Notes: generated by a model from the letters alone, not told the origin. Counted from the first letter of the stretch, positions 23,501-35,100 are shown. The stretch is DNA of 64,000 nucleotides from Diplonema japonicum (GCA_964019335.1 OZ025663.1:310001-374000), one strand, 5' to 3'. Made by a program: numbers and translations.

Positions 23501-26453
23501 GGAGGGGCACGCCGATCCCTGGGTCGCGAAGAACTTCACGAAGGGGATCCCGAGGTACGGACAGCTGCAGGCGAGGGTCATCGAGGGGGCCATTGTCGAC
23601 GTCAGCAGGCTGCCCATCTCCGACAGGAGGCTCTTCGGGTTGTCCTTGTTCGAGGGAGACACGAGGCCGTACCACGTGCTTGACTGCTACTCCGACACGC
23701 CGCCCGAGGACGTGACCTCTTTCATCATGCTTTACAAGATGGTGCAGAAGGGGAGGTTTGTTGTCTTCAACCTCCAGGAGCTCGGTCCCGACACCCAGAA
23801 CGAGATCCGTCTCGCGATCGACGCCGCGAAGAAGTCGACGGACAAGGAGCTGCTCGCCCTGGTGACCGACGGCGACGGGACCGACGAGACGATCGAGTTC
23901 GTGGACGCGCAGGCGTGCGACGTGAGGTGGAAGAAGTGGGCGATGGCGAGAGCGGCGAAGCTCAAGAAGTTCAAGACGATCACCTACTACGCGCAGAAGC
24001 CCGGTACCGGAAAGTCGTACACGATCAACCGGAACGTGAAGGAAGGAAAGTGGGGAGAGGGGGTGGAGGCCACGAGGTTGGACCTGGACTCGACGAAGGA
24101 AAGCATGGACCACGTGTGCTCGAGATTGATGGCTCCCTTGAGGGCGAAGGAAGGGCTGCTCATCATCCACGTCGGCCACGACACCAACCCTCGTGTGGTG
24201 AACCAGGTGTTGGACAACCTGATCTTCTTCGGGAGGGTCCAATCCACATCCGGATTGTCGGTCTCCATCAAGTCGCAGGGATGGCACCTCGTTGTCGAGT
24301 TCCAAGAGCCCCCCGCACCTGAGGTGGGCCACGTCGTAAACGACCCGTGGAGGAACGCTGAAGGCAAGAGCGAGATCACCCTGCTGTCGTGCGCCGACCT
24401 TGCTGAAGAGGGCGCCCTTGCAGAATATGACCTGAGTGAGTACCCGGGTGTCTTGGATGCCTTGAAGTACTTCCGCACCGTGTTCAGGGGCACAGATGCG
24501 AACTTGCCCACCGACGACATGCTGCTGGTTCGCATGCTTGCCATGGGGATCTGCAATGCTCCCAAGAACAGCGGCTCTGATGCGGACACTGTGGCGCACA
24601 ACGCCTTCCTCGAAGCTGCAAACAGCAGCACACCTCGTCTGCTTTCGCGTTCGATAAGATACTTGGTTAGGCAGTACAAGATCTTCCAACCAGAGCCCAA
24701 CGCTAAAGACATAACTCTCGCCAAACCTACAGAACAGAACAACTACAAGTTTGCGGCACACATCTTGATGCACGAAATGCACCACTTTGTCAACCCATCG
24801 CTTCCGGACCACTTCCACGCGATCCTCCAGAAAGATGATGTGAAGGATTACATGCAGCTCGCAGGAAACCCCAGCCCCGATCTTCAGGAAAGCATCAGGC
24901 TGCACGAAGAGGATTTGCATCAAAGGTTTCTTCTCTTCGTGTCGCACAAAGAAGCAGCAGAAGAGCAGCACAAGGCGAGACAGAAAGAGAAGGCGACAGC
25001 ACCCATGTACTGGCTGGCTGAGATCCTTTCCGAGGAGCTTGGGGTTGACAAGAAGCTGGTGATGACTGATCTGCGTGAGAACAACTGCGTTCTGACCCGT
25101 GACTTCTTGCAGAAACTCATCCAGCTGAATAACCGCATAAACCTCAACGATCCCCCTATCCTACAGGGGCCATCTGGTACTGGTAAGAGCAATGCAGTGA
25201 GAATATTGACAAGCCTGAGGCTGCTTCCGCTGCTTCCGGGTGTTAAGCAGTTCAATACACACAGCGACACTAACGGTTGTATGGTTTTCTACAAGTGGAC
25301 CAGGGTGAACCTAAGCTTGAGGAAGCTCTTCCCCAATGATAACTCCCGGGTGGAGGTTGATGGGCAGGATATGATATGGACGGCCATGCAAAAAATAAAT
25401 ACCAAAGAAAAGGCAAGAACTTGTTTTGCAGAACTTGTGGACTGTGACAACGTGGACGCCCTGAACTACGTGAGGGAGTGTGTGAACGACTTCTTGGGCC
25501 ATTACTACGAGGTTTGGAAGGAGGTGAAGGCCACGTCGTTCAGAACTGCCGTCGAAGTGCTCAAGAACGATGCTGAGCCCGGTGACCCAAAGAGGGCAGA
25601 GACCTTGAGCAGGTCCGTGCTTGTTGTTGCGGATACTCTCTCCAAAAACTGGAGTGGTTTGGCATCTGAGGTCGCAATCTGCTTGAACTCCGCCATTCGC
25701 TCTTCGAAGATGAAGGAGAAGGCCGGTAGGCTGTGCTATGAAAAGTTCATAAAGATTCTTGACTCCAATCCCTTGCACGATGCCTTTAAAACCTGGGCAC
25801 GTGAGGCTGTTCTGATTGTGAAGGAAAATCGAGAAGCCTTATGCCAGATTGTGAAGGATAAATTGAGGGAGATGCTGAGGAACTCACCGCTCCTGAACCC
25901 GTCGGCTGAGCTGATGGAGGCACTAGCAGACACCGGCACCAGTGATGACCCGACGACGGGCGAGAAGCTTGGTGAGATCATCGTGGAGATGTTGAAGCTG
26001 AAGAGAGAGAATGCCTCAGTCGACATTCTTATGCGCTACGACCTGACACCTGAGCTGCTGTTCGATCAGATGCGCCCTGTGCTGGAACGTGCACTGGAGT
26101 GCCCCTCAGTAAAATTTATGGTGATGATTGACGAGATGAACGCCACGAAGATGTTGGGTCTTGTGAAGCGGATTGTGGTGGACCGCTACTGGGACAGGTG
26201 GGAGGACGCACACCCTGAGTCAAGGGGGTACCTCCCTCCCAACGTTAACTTCGTTGGTGCCGTGAATCCCTCGAAGAAAGACGCCATCCTGGAGGGTACA
26301 GCCACAGAAGAATCTGACAAGACAAACGAGGGTGCAGAGAGTCTCGGGTTCGACGTGACCCCCATGCCGCCCTCGCTGATGGAGTACATTGTGCCGTGGA
26401 AGCAGCTAGAAGGACAGAGCTGTTGTTGGCGGCCGGTGGATCCAAAAACGTAA
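20523..26453 (+). CDS. Truncated RNF213-like paralogue (1976 aa): PDZ/2xSPRY/Trp-rich repeat array + first two AAA units only
   Basis: Uninterrupted ORF. 20568-24590 is essentially identical to 33411-37433 and 25921-26405 to 38806-39290. Walker A motifs AQKPGTGKS and LQGPSGTGKS, Walker B MVMIDEMN. Ends after micro-deletions near 26408-26425. Has its own polypyrimidine tract and AG (20391-20480). Confidence 0.8.
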   Translation: MATTKEVRPASSMFSTTMLQSWLGQWSTSDSEEQSVFEEMCGTHPELSCLTPAELVRMAELMRGVCSEGDVNHAEASRMMKSWKGLRSRTMNRKSMSADSSENIEGTGNASMVPKPTECTLVVVPEVTGQVANTGTPLLLESCGVASGKYVEGLPMYKRCDDAVLSPVENGWAIHSSPTIDAERLLTSVAEHESYLQPWAMGDWRGTDFKGGLQSTPCLNARVQIDGGHLKAAKWSEESKSREDNVRVVAPGPLKPMDLTVNRASLYVKSVEKDSLWESLGLIRGTRIVQVTTERVIRGTADELQRALKEACTDHFKGFALTVQSPWIWLDAAVSPDIDVSENGRSITKNRGAKPSIAVSPSPAGGKVWRVRVSGDALGMRVGLCAREMDHKLTEADSAPNKDRAYWYMRHGSLRTGGKDVAPTRAFKSGDIITIRHSGKAKTIEFFLNGQKLSAMFTDVKELMLHPCVYLSKKTATISISPGAPVEEVLEWNPKKLGPHTKLSADRRTVEKAGDADSSVSTGAIGGKVMVGPGPHKFAIRVKGRGPLTDSCTVGVAPPGVFLNKAYEPQTSMFGMTVRPDGNVFGLQSSTILHTGQRLQGSAAIWEYVFTFTVDLGEGTIMVMRDDSRVVHSSLIPDFPKATGPLVPFVTLSKPDIQCTFEPCKEEVKQGEGKVSVIVKGTNVAKNAKKPGTRGVADGLYHKWIPTYKREDGAYSISYWNGRWCVSDTADRPVAWSSPCSPDQQLGTESLRWTKLVNYEQVPKYIRLVVPEQPGGILELQKEKNDGRVVYANQSHKLIWSEVLKKWMVTKLKPEKRTVAYYISPSKALYPHCCSSWSWGNGTTWLQDDRIRVAAVDQTPLREDSKHLVWTQKEYGTGWEDAAEVKLNLTPSAPNVDIGISIRLSTAEQGTVIMDTMTADELAGWHVVRKASGASVRAPDLRKALLEVSRNATSGLCMDTDWKTTEEATKIVRANAVSQLRRIGDLLRSFKGAEGHADPWVAKNFTKGIPRYGQLQARVIEGAIVDVSRLPISDRRLFGLSLFEGDTRPYHVLDCYSDTPPEDVTSFIMLYKMVQKGRFVVFNLQELGPDTQNEIRLAIDAAKKSTDKELLALVTDGDGTDETIEFVDAQACDVRWKKWAMARAAKLKKFKTITYYAQKPGTGKSYTINRNVKEGKWGEGVEATRLDLDSTKESMDHVCSRLMAPLRAKEGLLIIHVGHDTNPRVVNQVLDNLIFFGRVQSTSGLSVSIKSQGWHLVVEFQEPPAPEVGHVVNDPWRNAEGKSEITLLSCADLAEEGALAEYDLSEYPGVLDALKYFRTVFRGTDANLPTDDMLLVRMLAMGICNAPKNSGSDADTVAHNAFLEAANSSTPRLLSRSIRYLVRQYKIFQPEPNAKDITLAKPTEQNNYKFAAHILMHEMHHFVNPSLPDHFHAILQKDDVKDYMQLAGNPSPDLQESIRLHEEDLHQRFLLFVSHKEAAEEQHKARQKEKATAPMYWLAEILSEELGVDKKLVMTDLRENNCVLTRDFLQKLIQLNNRINLNDPPILQGPSGTGKSNAVRILTSLRLLPLLPGVKQFNTHSDTNGCMVFYKWTRVNLSLRKLFPNDNSRVEVDGQDMIWTAMQKINTKEKARTCFAELVDCDNVDALNYVRECVNDFLGHYYEVWKEVKATSFRTAVEVLKNDAEPGDPKRAETLSRSVLVVADTLSKNWSGLASEVAICLNSAIRSSKMKEKAGRLCYEKFIKILDSNPLHDAFKTWAREAVLIVKENREALCQIVKDKLREMLRNSPLLNPSAELMEALADTGTSDDPTTGEKLGEIIVEMLKLKRENASVDILMRYDLTPELLFDQMRPVLERALECPSVKFMVMIDEMNATKMLGLVKRIVVDRYWDRWEDAHPESRGYLPPNVNFVGAVNPSKKDAILEGTATEESDKTNEGAESLGFDVTPMPPSLMEYIVPWKQLEGQSCCWRPVDPKT

Positions 26454-26879
26454 TCGCCTACTGTTTTTCTCACGTTCTTTCCCCCCATTTCTTTTGACCT
26501 ATGCAAGTAACCACCCCACTGAAATGATCTCTCTTTTTTTTTTTTTTTTCGCAAGAACGAGTCTTTGACTTGTCTAAACAAAAGGGGAACGTTCCAGGTT
26601 TTACCCGGCACGAACAAACAAAAAGATGACAGCACTAGACTGGGGTGATTTGGTTATAACGCCACGTTCTTTCTCTCTTTTCCCGTAGCAGCTCATGACA
26701 AAAGCTGGGCTCAGTCACACTACACTGAGCTTCCTTTATCTCATCTCTTTCCTTCTTTTTTATTTTTTCTCAGCTCGGCTGGTGAGCGCAAAAACGCATA
26801 CCAGGAGTAGTTTTTCATTTTGTCCCTTTTAGTGCTCTGGTCTCACATAGCGAAGATAGGAGAAGGGAGCAAAAAAGGA

Positions 26880-26924
26880 ATGGGCCTTATGACATCGAGA
26901 AGCAGCTCGCCTTAACCAGTGGGT
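26880..26924 (+). pseudogene. Deleted remnant of an Mpo1 5' end
   Basis: ATGGGCCTTAT-GACATCGAGAAGCAGCTCGCCTT//AACCAGTGGGT matches the Mpo1 start with a 1-nt deletion and a larger internal deletion. Confidence 0.8.
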
Positions 26925-27289
26925 TTTCCCCTCTGATCCTCCCTGGTAGCGTTTTTGTTTCAATATGAGCTCGTCTTGGAAAAAGTGTTAACAAATGACC
27001 CTCTTTTGCAACGGAAAACCCTCGGTGAATTTCTAAGTACAAAAGTAGTCCAACACCACTTTGTGTTCAGAATTGTGGTCTAAGTGTGTGCACCATATAG
27101 GTCACAATGTGCGCCGTTTGTTTCATTTCTAAAACGCGTGTGCAAATACATGCTTTTTAGAATGGTTTTTTTTAGTTTTTGGCATTCGGAAATTGTAAAT
27201 GACCCAGGCTCCATATTTCTTTTTGTTTCTTCAGTGAAAAGCGAGAAGAAATGGACGCAGATGGAAAAAAAATATAATATTTCTTTTTA

Positions 27290-27359
27290 AATTGCACGTG
27301 GGGGGAAAATAAACCAGTTAAAAAAACACCACTTCAAAATAATAATGGGCCTTATCGAC
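27290..27359 (+). pseudogene. Mpo1 copy-4-type leader plus first 5 codons, truncated at a duplication junction
   Basis: AATTGCACG...AAACCAGTTAAAAAA(A)CACCACTTCAAAATAATAATGGGCCTTATCGAC matches 48698-48798, then the sequence switches to the block found upstream of copy 1. Confidence 0.85.
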
Positions 27360-27454
27360 TTGACCACTTCACTTCCGCTCGGACTTTGTTGCAATAATCT
27401 GTGAAAAGAAAGGAAAATCCTGTATTGGTGCCGAGAATTAGAACTAAGTTGTGA

Positions 27455-27494
<40 letters not shown>

Positions 27495-27983
27495 ACCATC
27501 TATATTTTGTTTTGAGAACAAAAAAAAAAAAAAAAAAAAAAAGAAAAAAACAGATCCCTGTTCCCTTTATCTGGGTGGCAGGTTTGTGCAAAAAGAAAAA
27601 GAAAAAGAAAAGAAAACGAAGGGGAAAAAACAAAATAAGCGATACCATAACGAATAGTATCCCGGAAAAGGAAAAAAAAAAAAAAACCCTCTCTTTCCCT
27701 CCACCACTAAAACCCCCTTCATATGAAAGAAGTATCCTTCTACTATTTGTTTTCCCTGCCCTCCTCTCTGTTCTGCCTCACGCCGCCCCCTTTCCCCGTG
27801 TCTCCTGGGGTGACCCGGATGAAAAATCTTTTTTTTATAGACACTAGAAAGTGCAAGGCAGCCAATCTGTCTGCGAGCTTTCCTCCCCCCCCCCCCCCCC
27901 CTTCTCTCTCTCTCTCTCTCTCTTTTCTTCACTTTTCTTTTCGAATACCCAACAAAGATAGGGGGAAGGGGGAAAAGAAAAAG

Positions 27984-28523
27984 ATGGGCCTTATCGACAT
28001 TGAGAAGCAGCTCGCCTTCTACGGGGAGTACCACGCGAACCCCATGAACCAGTGGGTGCACATCATCTTTGTTCCGCCCATCTTGTGGACGGCGATGGTG
28101 TTCGTGGAGTGCGCTGAGCTTGAGGCCTTCGGAGTTCCGGGCTCTTGGTACGTCGCTGCTGTGTACGGGATCTTCTACATGTTGATGGACTTCGTTCCTG
28201 GGTTCGTGTGTTCTGGGATCCTGGCAGCGATGGCTGCGACGAGCGTGATGTTCGCAGAGCAGGAGAACGCCTTGAACATCGCCATCGGTGTGCACATCCT
28301 GTCGTGGGTGGTGCAGGTCGGTCTCGGGCATGGTGTCTTCGAGGGCAGGGCTCCCTCCCTCCTCGACTCCTTCTTCCAGTCCCTCTTGCTGGCCCCCTTC
28401 TTCGTCTTCATGGAGTGCGTCTTCAAGCTCGGCTTCAGGAAGGAGCAGTTCGAGTCCTTGAACAACATCGTCGGGAAGCGCATCCTTGAGTACAGGAAAC
28501 AGCAGGCGAAGAAGGCAAACTGA
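27984..28523 (+). CDS. MPO1: Mpo1/DUF962 family protein, copy 3
   Basis: Protein identical to copy 1 except one Met>Leu (QSLLLAP). Confidence 0.92.
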   Translation: MGLIDIEKQLAFYGEYHANPMNQWVHIIFVPPILWTAMVFVECAELEAFGVPGSWYVAAVYGIFYMLMDFVPGFVCSGILAAMAATSVMFAEQENALNIAIGVHILSWVVQVGLGHGVFEGRAPSLLDSFFQSLLLAPFFVFMECVFKLGFRKEQFESLNNIVGKRILEYRKQQAKKAN

Positions 28524-29135
28524 TGAAGAAAGTGAGAGCTTGAGATGATATTGCTGAACTCTTCATTTTTTCTTGTCAGGCAGCACGGTTTGAGATGGTA
28601 TGCTGGACTGTGCTCCGCTCTCCCCCTAGCTTCCTGCCTCATTTTCCTCGTGCATGTAGTAACTACATGACCAAGACACTGTTTGAGATTGTGATGCTGA
28701 ACCGTGTTTCCCCTGTTTTATCGGTCTTTGGTCGATTCTAGAAAGAACTAGTTGTTGAAAGCACGATGAGCAAAATAGAGTTTCGTTATGGGACGCTTCG
28801 AATTCCTATTGGAATGTCCGAGAGTACTGAACCCTCTTCGACTGCAATAGAGATCCGAAGGTAATATAATGAGATTTTTATTTTCCATTTTTTTTTTAAA
28901 TATATTTTATTCTTATTTTAAACCGCTCTCAGTTTTTTTTTCCCCCTCTAATCATAATAACACCACAGCGACTCGCAACACCCCCCCCCCTTTTTTTTTG
29001 TCCCTTCTAAGTTTCAGTTTGGAAAAAAAAAGCAAAACAAAAAAAAGAAAAGAGAGAGAGAAAACCTGAAAACAAACCGAAACCTTTTTCTTTTTTTCTT
29101 TTTATTACTGACATAACACTTTTTGTTTTGTCAAA

Positions 29136-32100
29136 ATGGCCGGTTTTTACTCGGGGTTTGGTGGTGGTAAAGATATGTTTGCCAGCTTTGCTAGAGGCAA
29201 TCCAGACCTGATTCCAAATCACTTGGAGAAATGGGTCGAAGATATAACAAAGCTCGTGACACGCGTGTGTGACAGGAGAGACTGGGAATTCGTGGCTACC
29301 AACTTTCGCGATCTGATGGAAAGAGACGGTATAGTGGGAGCAGTCCCATGTCCACAATTCTGCCCCGCAGTTCTCGCTGCGGCAAGACATTCTAAAAAAC
29401 TCTGTCAGGAGTACAACGACTCAACTAACCCTGCCGTGCTCTTGGCATTCGTGACCATGCACAGAATTCTTGCAAAGCTCGCTGCAAAGGCATCCACACA
29501 CACAAAGAACGATGACGACGTGCATGTGAAGGAAATCGCACGCACACGTCTCGAGCTCCAGGACTCCATCAACGTCATGTGCATCAAACATGTCGATCGC
29601 TACCGCATGAAACTCGACCTTGATTCCCTGCAGTCCCTCACCCAACGTATTATCCCAGGCACGCACGCCTCGCAGCATACTAGCCAAGTCACGCAACATG
29701 TTATCCTATCCATCGAAGACTGGCTTCTCCGTCTGCCATACGGCAAAAAAGGTGCCGCAGCGTACCGCATGCTCCTTGACTACAAATCTTTCCTGAGCAA
29801 CCGTCAATCTTCGTGGAAAGTTGTTCTCGCGGGCCTTCTTGACCAACCCAGGGACGCACGTAGGTGCGCAGAGCTTTTGCTCTGGCAGGCTCACCCCAAG
29901 TCACACAGACAGAACGATGAATTGGCGCCTATAAAACTGGACGACCAAGACGCTGATTACTTTCTCCACCATGCTGCGGATGGCGTGCCGCCTGAGGAGG
30001 TCTGGAACCTTCTTCTTGACCACGACCGAATTGGTAAAGCGAAGCAAGAGGCCGACAGACACCAGGGAGACGGGGACCGTAGGCAGAGAGGCAGGCACAA
30101 CAGGGACAATGATCTGGAAGGGAGGTGGTTGTCTCAGCATGGGACCTTTAACTTCCATCACGCTCAGGCCGCAGGCAGCCCCTTTACCATGGAGTTCAGG
30201 TCGGGAGAGACCGTGCTCGTAGGCGAAGTGTTCAAGACAGATGAGGCACCCGGCTCGATCCCCGCTTGCCCCATGTCACGTGTTTTCCCTAGCCACGCCG
30301 TTCGCAGTGACGATATCACCTTCTGGATATCAACACGTGGCGACACGATGCACATGCTACGTGAGCAGACACAGATTGAGGTATACTACGTTGTTGACTC
30401 CAGGCGTCTCTTGCAAGAGTTGGCAGCAGGTGCCGTCAGCGATGAGACCAGAAAGAACCTCCACAAAGTCACGGCGGTGAAAGATGACATCAGCAGTGAA
30501 ACTGTTGTTGCGTTCTGTGCCAGGGTTCTGCAGAATGTTCTGCAAGCACCGCCCACCCCTGGCCTTGAGGACAAGTTTGAGGTTGCTTTCAAGGACCTTC
30601 AGGGCTTTGCTGACTACCTTGTAGTGCACATGGAAAACTCATTCGGTGCCCGCAAGTTGTACCCCGAGACGCTCATTTTAGTTTTGAAGGCGATGTTGAA
30701 GGCCAACTCTGGGATGAAAGAGAAGATCTATGGGCAATCGGGTTTTTTGCTGAAGCAAGCTACGCGTGAGCCTTGCATCAATTTAGTGGCCATCTACGGG
30801 AGGGTGTTGGAGGAGAACCTACCATTGGTGAGCAAGGCGGGTGAGGTTGTCAACTCTTTGAAACGTGTTGCACAGGGGGAGATTGGGAAGAGCGGCGACC
30901 CCTTGGCTGTGCTGCAGTCCCTGAATGCTGTGTCAAGACATGATTTCGACGGTACGTGGACGTGGCTTAATGGGTACAAGGAGAAGAACTACTCTAACGC
31001 TTTCACCATCACGGGACACCACGTGACTTTGAACGACCCTGCCTTCTATGGTGGCGTGGTGAAGTCTGTGCGCTATGTCGGCTCGAGCCTCTTTATCACC
31101 ATCGTTATCAACGAGAAAGTGAACTCTCGCATGCTGCTAGAACGAGGTGATGACTTCGACAGGCATGTAAACATCAGGATCGAGATGACGCAGAAGGCAG
31201 CAAGCACTCGTTCATCCGATGAGGTGCATGGCAAATGGACATCGACCAGCTCTTCAGCTGAGACTTACCAGAGGCCTGAGTGCGTGTTTTCCCGAACAGA
31301 AAGGGGGACTGTGTCGTCCGAATGGGACCAGCGTGCCATCGCCCTTACACAGAGGCCCCTTGAAGACGCAATTGCTGGTTGGGATGCCTCTGGTCTTGAC
31401 GACCGCACCTCGGCTGCCAAGCTGCTAGAGAACGTGATCTGCGATAGAGCTCTTACAACGCCTCAAACAAGGTACGAGAAATACGTGCTCAATCTGTGGG
31501 AGAGATGCTGCAGCCAGGTGGTCAAGTCCAACAAGTTCAACACCGTTAGCAAGCTTGACGATTGGATATTACACGACGTGAGCCTGTTCACCGCTAACAC
31601 CGGGATGCGACAGGAGGCTTCGAGGTTGATGCTGGACTCGTACTTCAAGAAAAGGGAGATTACATGGCAGCTGTACCCCGTCCCTCTTTCGAAGGTTGAC
31701 AAGCTTGTTGTCAAATATCTCGGAGCTACAAACTTTAAGAAGAGGATTGTGCACGCGCGCGATGATTTGCAGCGCCACTTGGACGCCCACAAAATCTCGA
31801 ACAAGGTCTACTCCAACGTCACTTCAAAGTGGCACGGTATCCACAGTGAGAACGGCATCAAGTTCCCTAGCCCAAGACTGGACTTCGTGTCGCCCGTGCA
31901 GGGTCTCGAGGAGGTCAAGGACGTGCTGAGGGAATTGATCGAGAACTGGTGCTTGAAGGCAGCGCACACCAAGCTTGAAGTCATCGAGACTATGATCAGG
32001 GACAAGGACCTGGTTGCGCTTACTGATCTTGAGACCACACTGAAAGAGACTAGGGCCATCTTGGGGCCTGTCCTAGCTGTTCAGGATGCAACAATTAGTC

Positions 32101-35100
32101 CGTTGTTGAGAGCGCACTTCTTGAAGTGCTTGGGTGGGAAAGAGCTGCAGCTGGATGCGTTCGCACTTGTTTTCGAGAATGCATGCACTGCAATCCGCAA
32201 GATCAAACTTGACACGAAGATCATTGACGCTGTAGCTGATCTTTTCCCCATGGACGGGAAGTTCTCAGGGGCCAGGCTTGAGCAGGAGCGTGCTCTGCTT
32301 GAGAGGATCGGGATGCCGAGCGACGTTGTGTCGCACCTCTTGAACGGTGCACTCCCCTTGAGGTTCATCATCCACGACATGCAGGCCTTCCGTGACCTCG
32401 CTGATACCAAGATTCCCGACCTCATGCTCCACCCTGAGTTCTTTACTAACAGCGAGCGTGATGTGCTCTTAGATGAAGAAGTGAACAACCTCCCCATCTA
32501 TGCTGCGAAGCGGAAGTGCGACACCATCAAAGCAACAAGCGGTGGCTGTCACCACCGTGTGCTGGAGATCATCAGAACAGTCCTTAACTGCAGCAAACTG
32601 GTGGAATTTACAAGAGAAAACCCGCAGGCGCAAGATGCAGGTCTTTCAAACGTTTTGTCCAACTCGCGCGACTTGCAACACGCAAGCTTCCAGACATTCT
32701 TGAACTGTGCCCCTTACATCAACCCTTTTGTGGCTGCATCTGCGATGCACGTTGCCAAATACAAAGAAAAGGCCCAGCAGCTCATGGACGAGAAGCGCGA
32801 GAGGGGAGAAGAGCCAGTGGTGACACCCGAAGAAGTTCGCTCTGCCTCAATCAGGCTTCCCATCAACAACAATGAATCATGGAGCAAGACTCAACCGGAA
32901 GGTTTTTGGGAACTGATGAATGCTTCGTTTGGAGACGAGGACCTGATTGATGTGAGGAACGTACAGAGGAACCTTGAGAGAATGACGACTGCTGATCAGA
33001 TCGAGGGTCTGGAGAAGATGATCAAAGAACAGAACGGTGCTACCGATCGGATGATTGCACAGTGCCACATCGCCGCAGGGCTCCCCGGACATCCACCTGG
33101 AACAGTGGTGAATGAGGGGGCACCCGTGCCCGAATCAGAGCCCGCATCAATAATCATTTATCTCCCTCCCACAGGGCAGCCTAGCTTGGCGTGCGACATT
33201 GGTGATGTGACGAAGAACGGTTCCGAGTACCAGGACCTTGTCTACAGGGCGACCTTGCAGAAGGGGCTCGACAACGCGCTTGATGTGTTCGTAGGCCAGG
33301 CTCGTGAGGTGCTACGTGCCTTCAACGCTGCCTGCGGGTTGTTCAGCGAAGGGCACTTAGAGTTCAGGTCTCGAAAATTGCAGTTCAAACACAACGATGC
33401 CGCACGTGTAACGACAATGCTCCAGTCTTTGCTGGGGCAGTGGTCGACCTCGGACTCCGAGGAACAGTCGGTTTTTGAAGAAATGTGCGGGACCCACCCT
33501 GAGCTGTCGTGCCTCACGCCCGCGGAGCTTGTCCGTATGGCGGAGCTGATGAGAGGTGTGTGCTCCGAGGGGGATGTGAACCACGCGGAGGCCTCACGGA
33601 TGATGAAGAGTTGGAAGGGTCTTAGGTCGCGCACCATGAACCGAAAGAGCATGTCTGCGGATTCGTCTGAGAATATAGAGGGGACGGGCAACGCCTCGAT
33701 GGTGCCTAAACCCACCGAGTGCACCCTGGTGGTGGTGCCTGAGGTGACCGGCCAGGTGGCGAATACCGGGACCCCTTTGCTGCTCGAGTCTTGTGGGGTG
33801 GCGAGCGGGAAGTACGTTGAAGGCCTTCCCATGTACAAGAGGTGCGACGACGCTGTGCTTTCGCCGGTGGAGAACGGTTGGGCGATCCACTCCTCCCCCA
33901 CCATCGATGCTGAGAGGCTCCTGACGAGTGTGGCTGAGCACGAGTCGTACCTGCAGCCGTGGGCCATGGGAGATTGGAGGGGGACCGACTTCAAGGGCGG
34001 GCTGCAGTCGACCCCGTGTTTGAACGCACGCGTGCAAATCGACGGCGGGCACCTGAAGGCCGCCAAGTGGTCCGAAGAGTCGAAGAGCCGAGAAGACAAC
34101 GTTCGGGTGGTGGCACCGGGTCCCCTGAAGCCCATGGACCTCACCGTGAACAGGGCTTCCTTGTATGTGAAGTCTGTTGAGAAGGACTCCCTGTGGGAGT
34201 CTCTGGGCCTGATCAGGGGTACTCGTATCGTCCAGGTGACAACCGAGAGAGTTATCAGAGGCACTGCTGACGAGCTTCAGAGGGCCTTGAAGGAAGCCTG
34301 CACCGACCACTTCAAGGGCTTTGCGCTCACCGTTCAGAGCCCCTGGATCTGGTTGGACGCTGCGGTCTCGCCTGACATCGATGTGTCCGAGAACGGGAGG
34401 AGCATCACCAAGAACAGGGGGGCGAAGCCGTCTATCGCTGTTTCGCCGTCTCCGGCTGGTGGGAAGGTCTGGAGGGTCCGTGTGAGTGGTGATGCGCTTG
34501 GGATGAGGGTCGGGTTGTGTGCTCGTGAAATGGACCACAAGCTGACCGAAGCGGACTCCGCCCCCAACAAGGACAGGGCCTACTGGTACATGCGACACGG
34601 CAGCCTCCGGACAGGTGGGAAGGACGTGGCGCCTACACGCGCCTTCAAGAGCGGTGACATCATCACTATCCGGCACAGTGGGAAGGCGAAGACTATCGAG
34701 TTCTTCCTGAACGGGCAGAAGCTGAGCGCCATGTTCACTGACGTGAAGGAACTGATGCTTCATCCTTGTGTGTACCTTTCTAAGAAAACCGCTACAATCA
34801 GCATCAGCCCTGGCGCTCCTGTCGAAGAGGTGCTTGAATGGAACCCCAAGAAGCTCGGACCGCACACAAAGCTGTCTGCGGACCGCAGGACTGTGGAGAA
34901 GGCGGGCGATGCGGACAGCTCCGTGTCGACGGGCGCCATCGGTGGGAAGGTTATGGTGGGGCCGGGTCCCCATAAGTTTGCGATCAGGGTGAAGGGCAGG
35001 GGACCGTTGACCGATTCGTGCACCGTTGGTGTTGCTCCTCCCGGTGTGTTCTTGAACAAGGCCTACGAGCCGCAAACCAGCATGTTCGGTATGACAGTGA

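Noticed and set aside
20751-24971. Long minus-strand ORFs (625 and 765 aa) and their twins at 33594-37811
   Set aside because: Antisense shadows of a GC3-rich sense CDS; no recognisable motifs; duplicated only because the sense gene is.
17557-28523. 1.16-kb direct repeats as LTRs of a retroelement
   Set aside because: The repeats contain the Mpo1 gene; no TG...CA ends, PBS, gag/pol or transposase motifs were seen.
28760-28835. Possible C/D-box snoRNA (GATGA...CTGA)
   Set aside because: Imperfect C box, no terminal stem, and no rRNA-complementary guide that I can verify.
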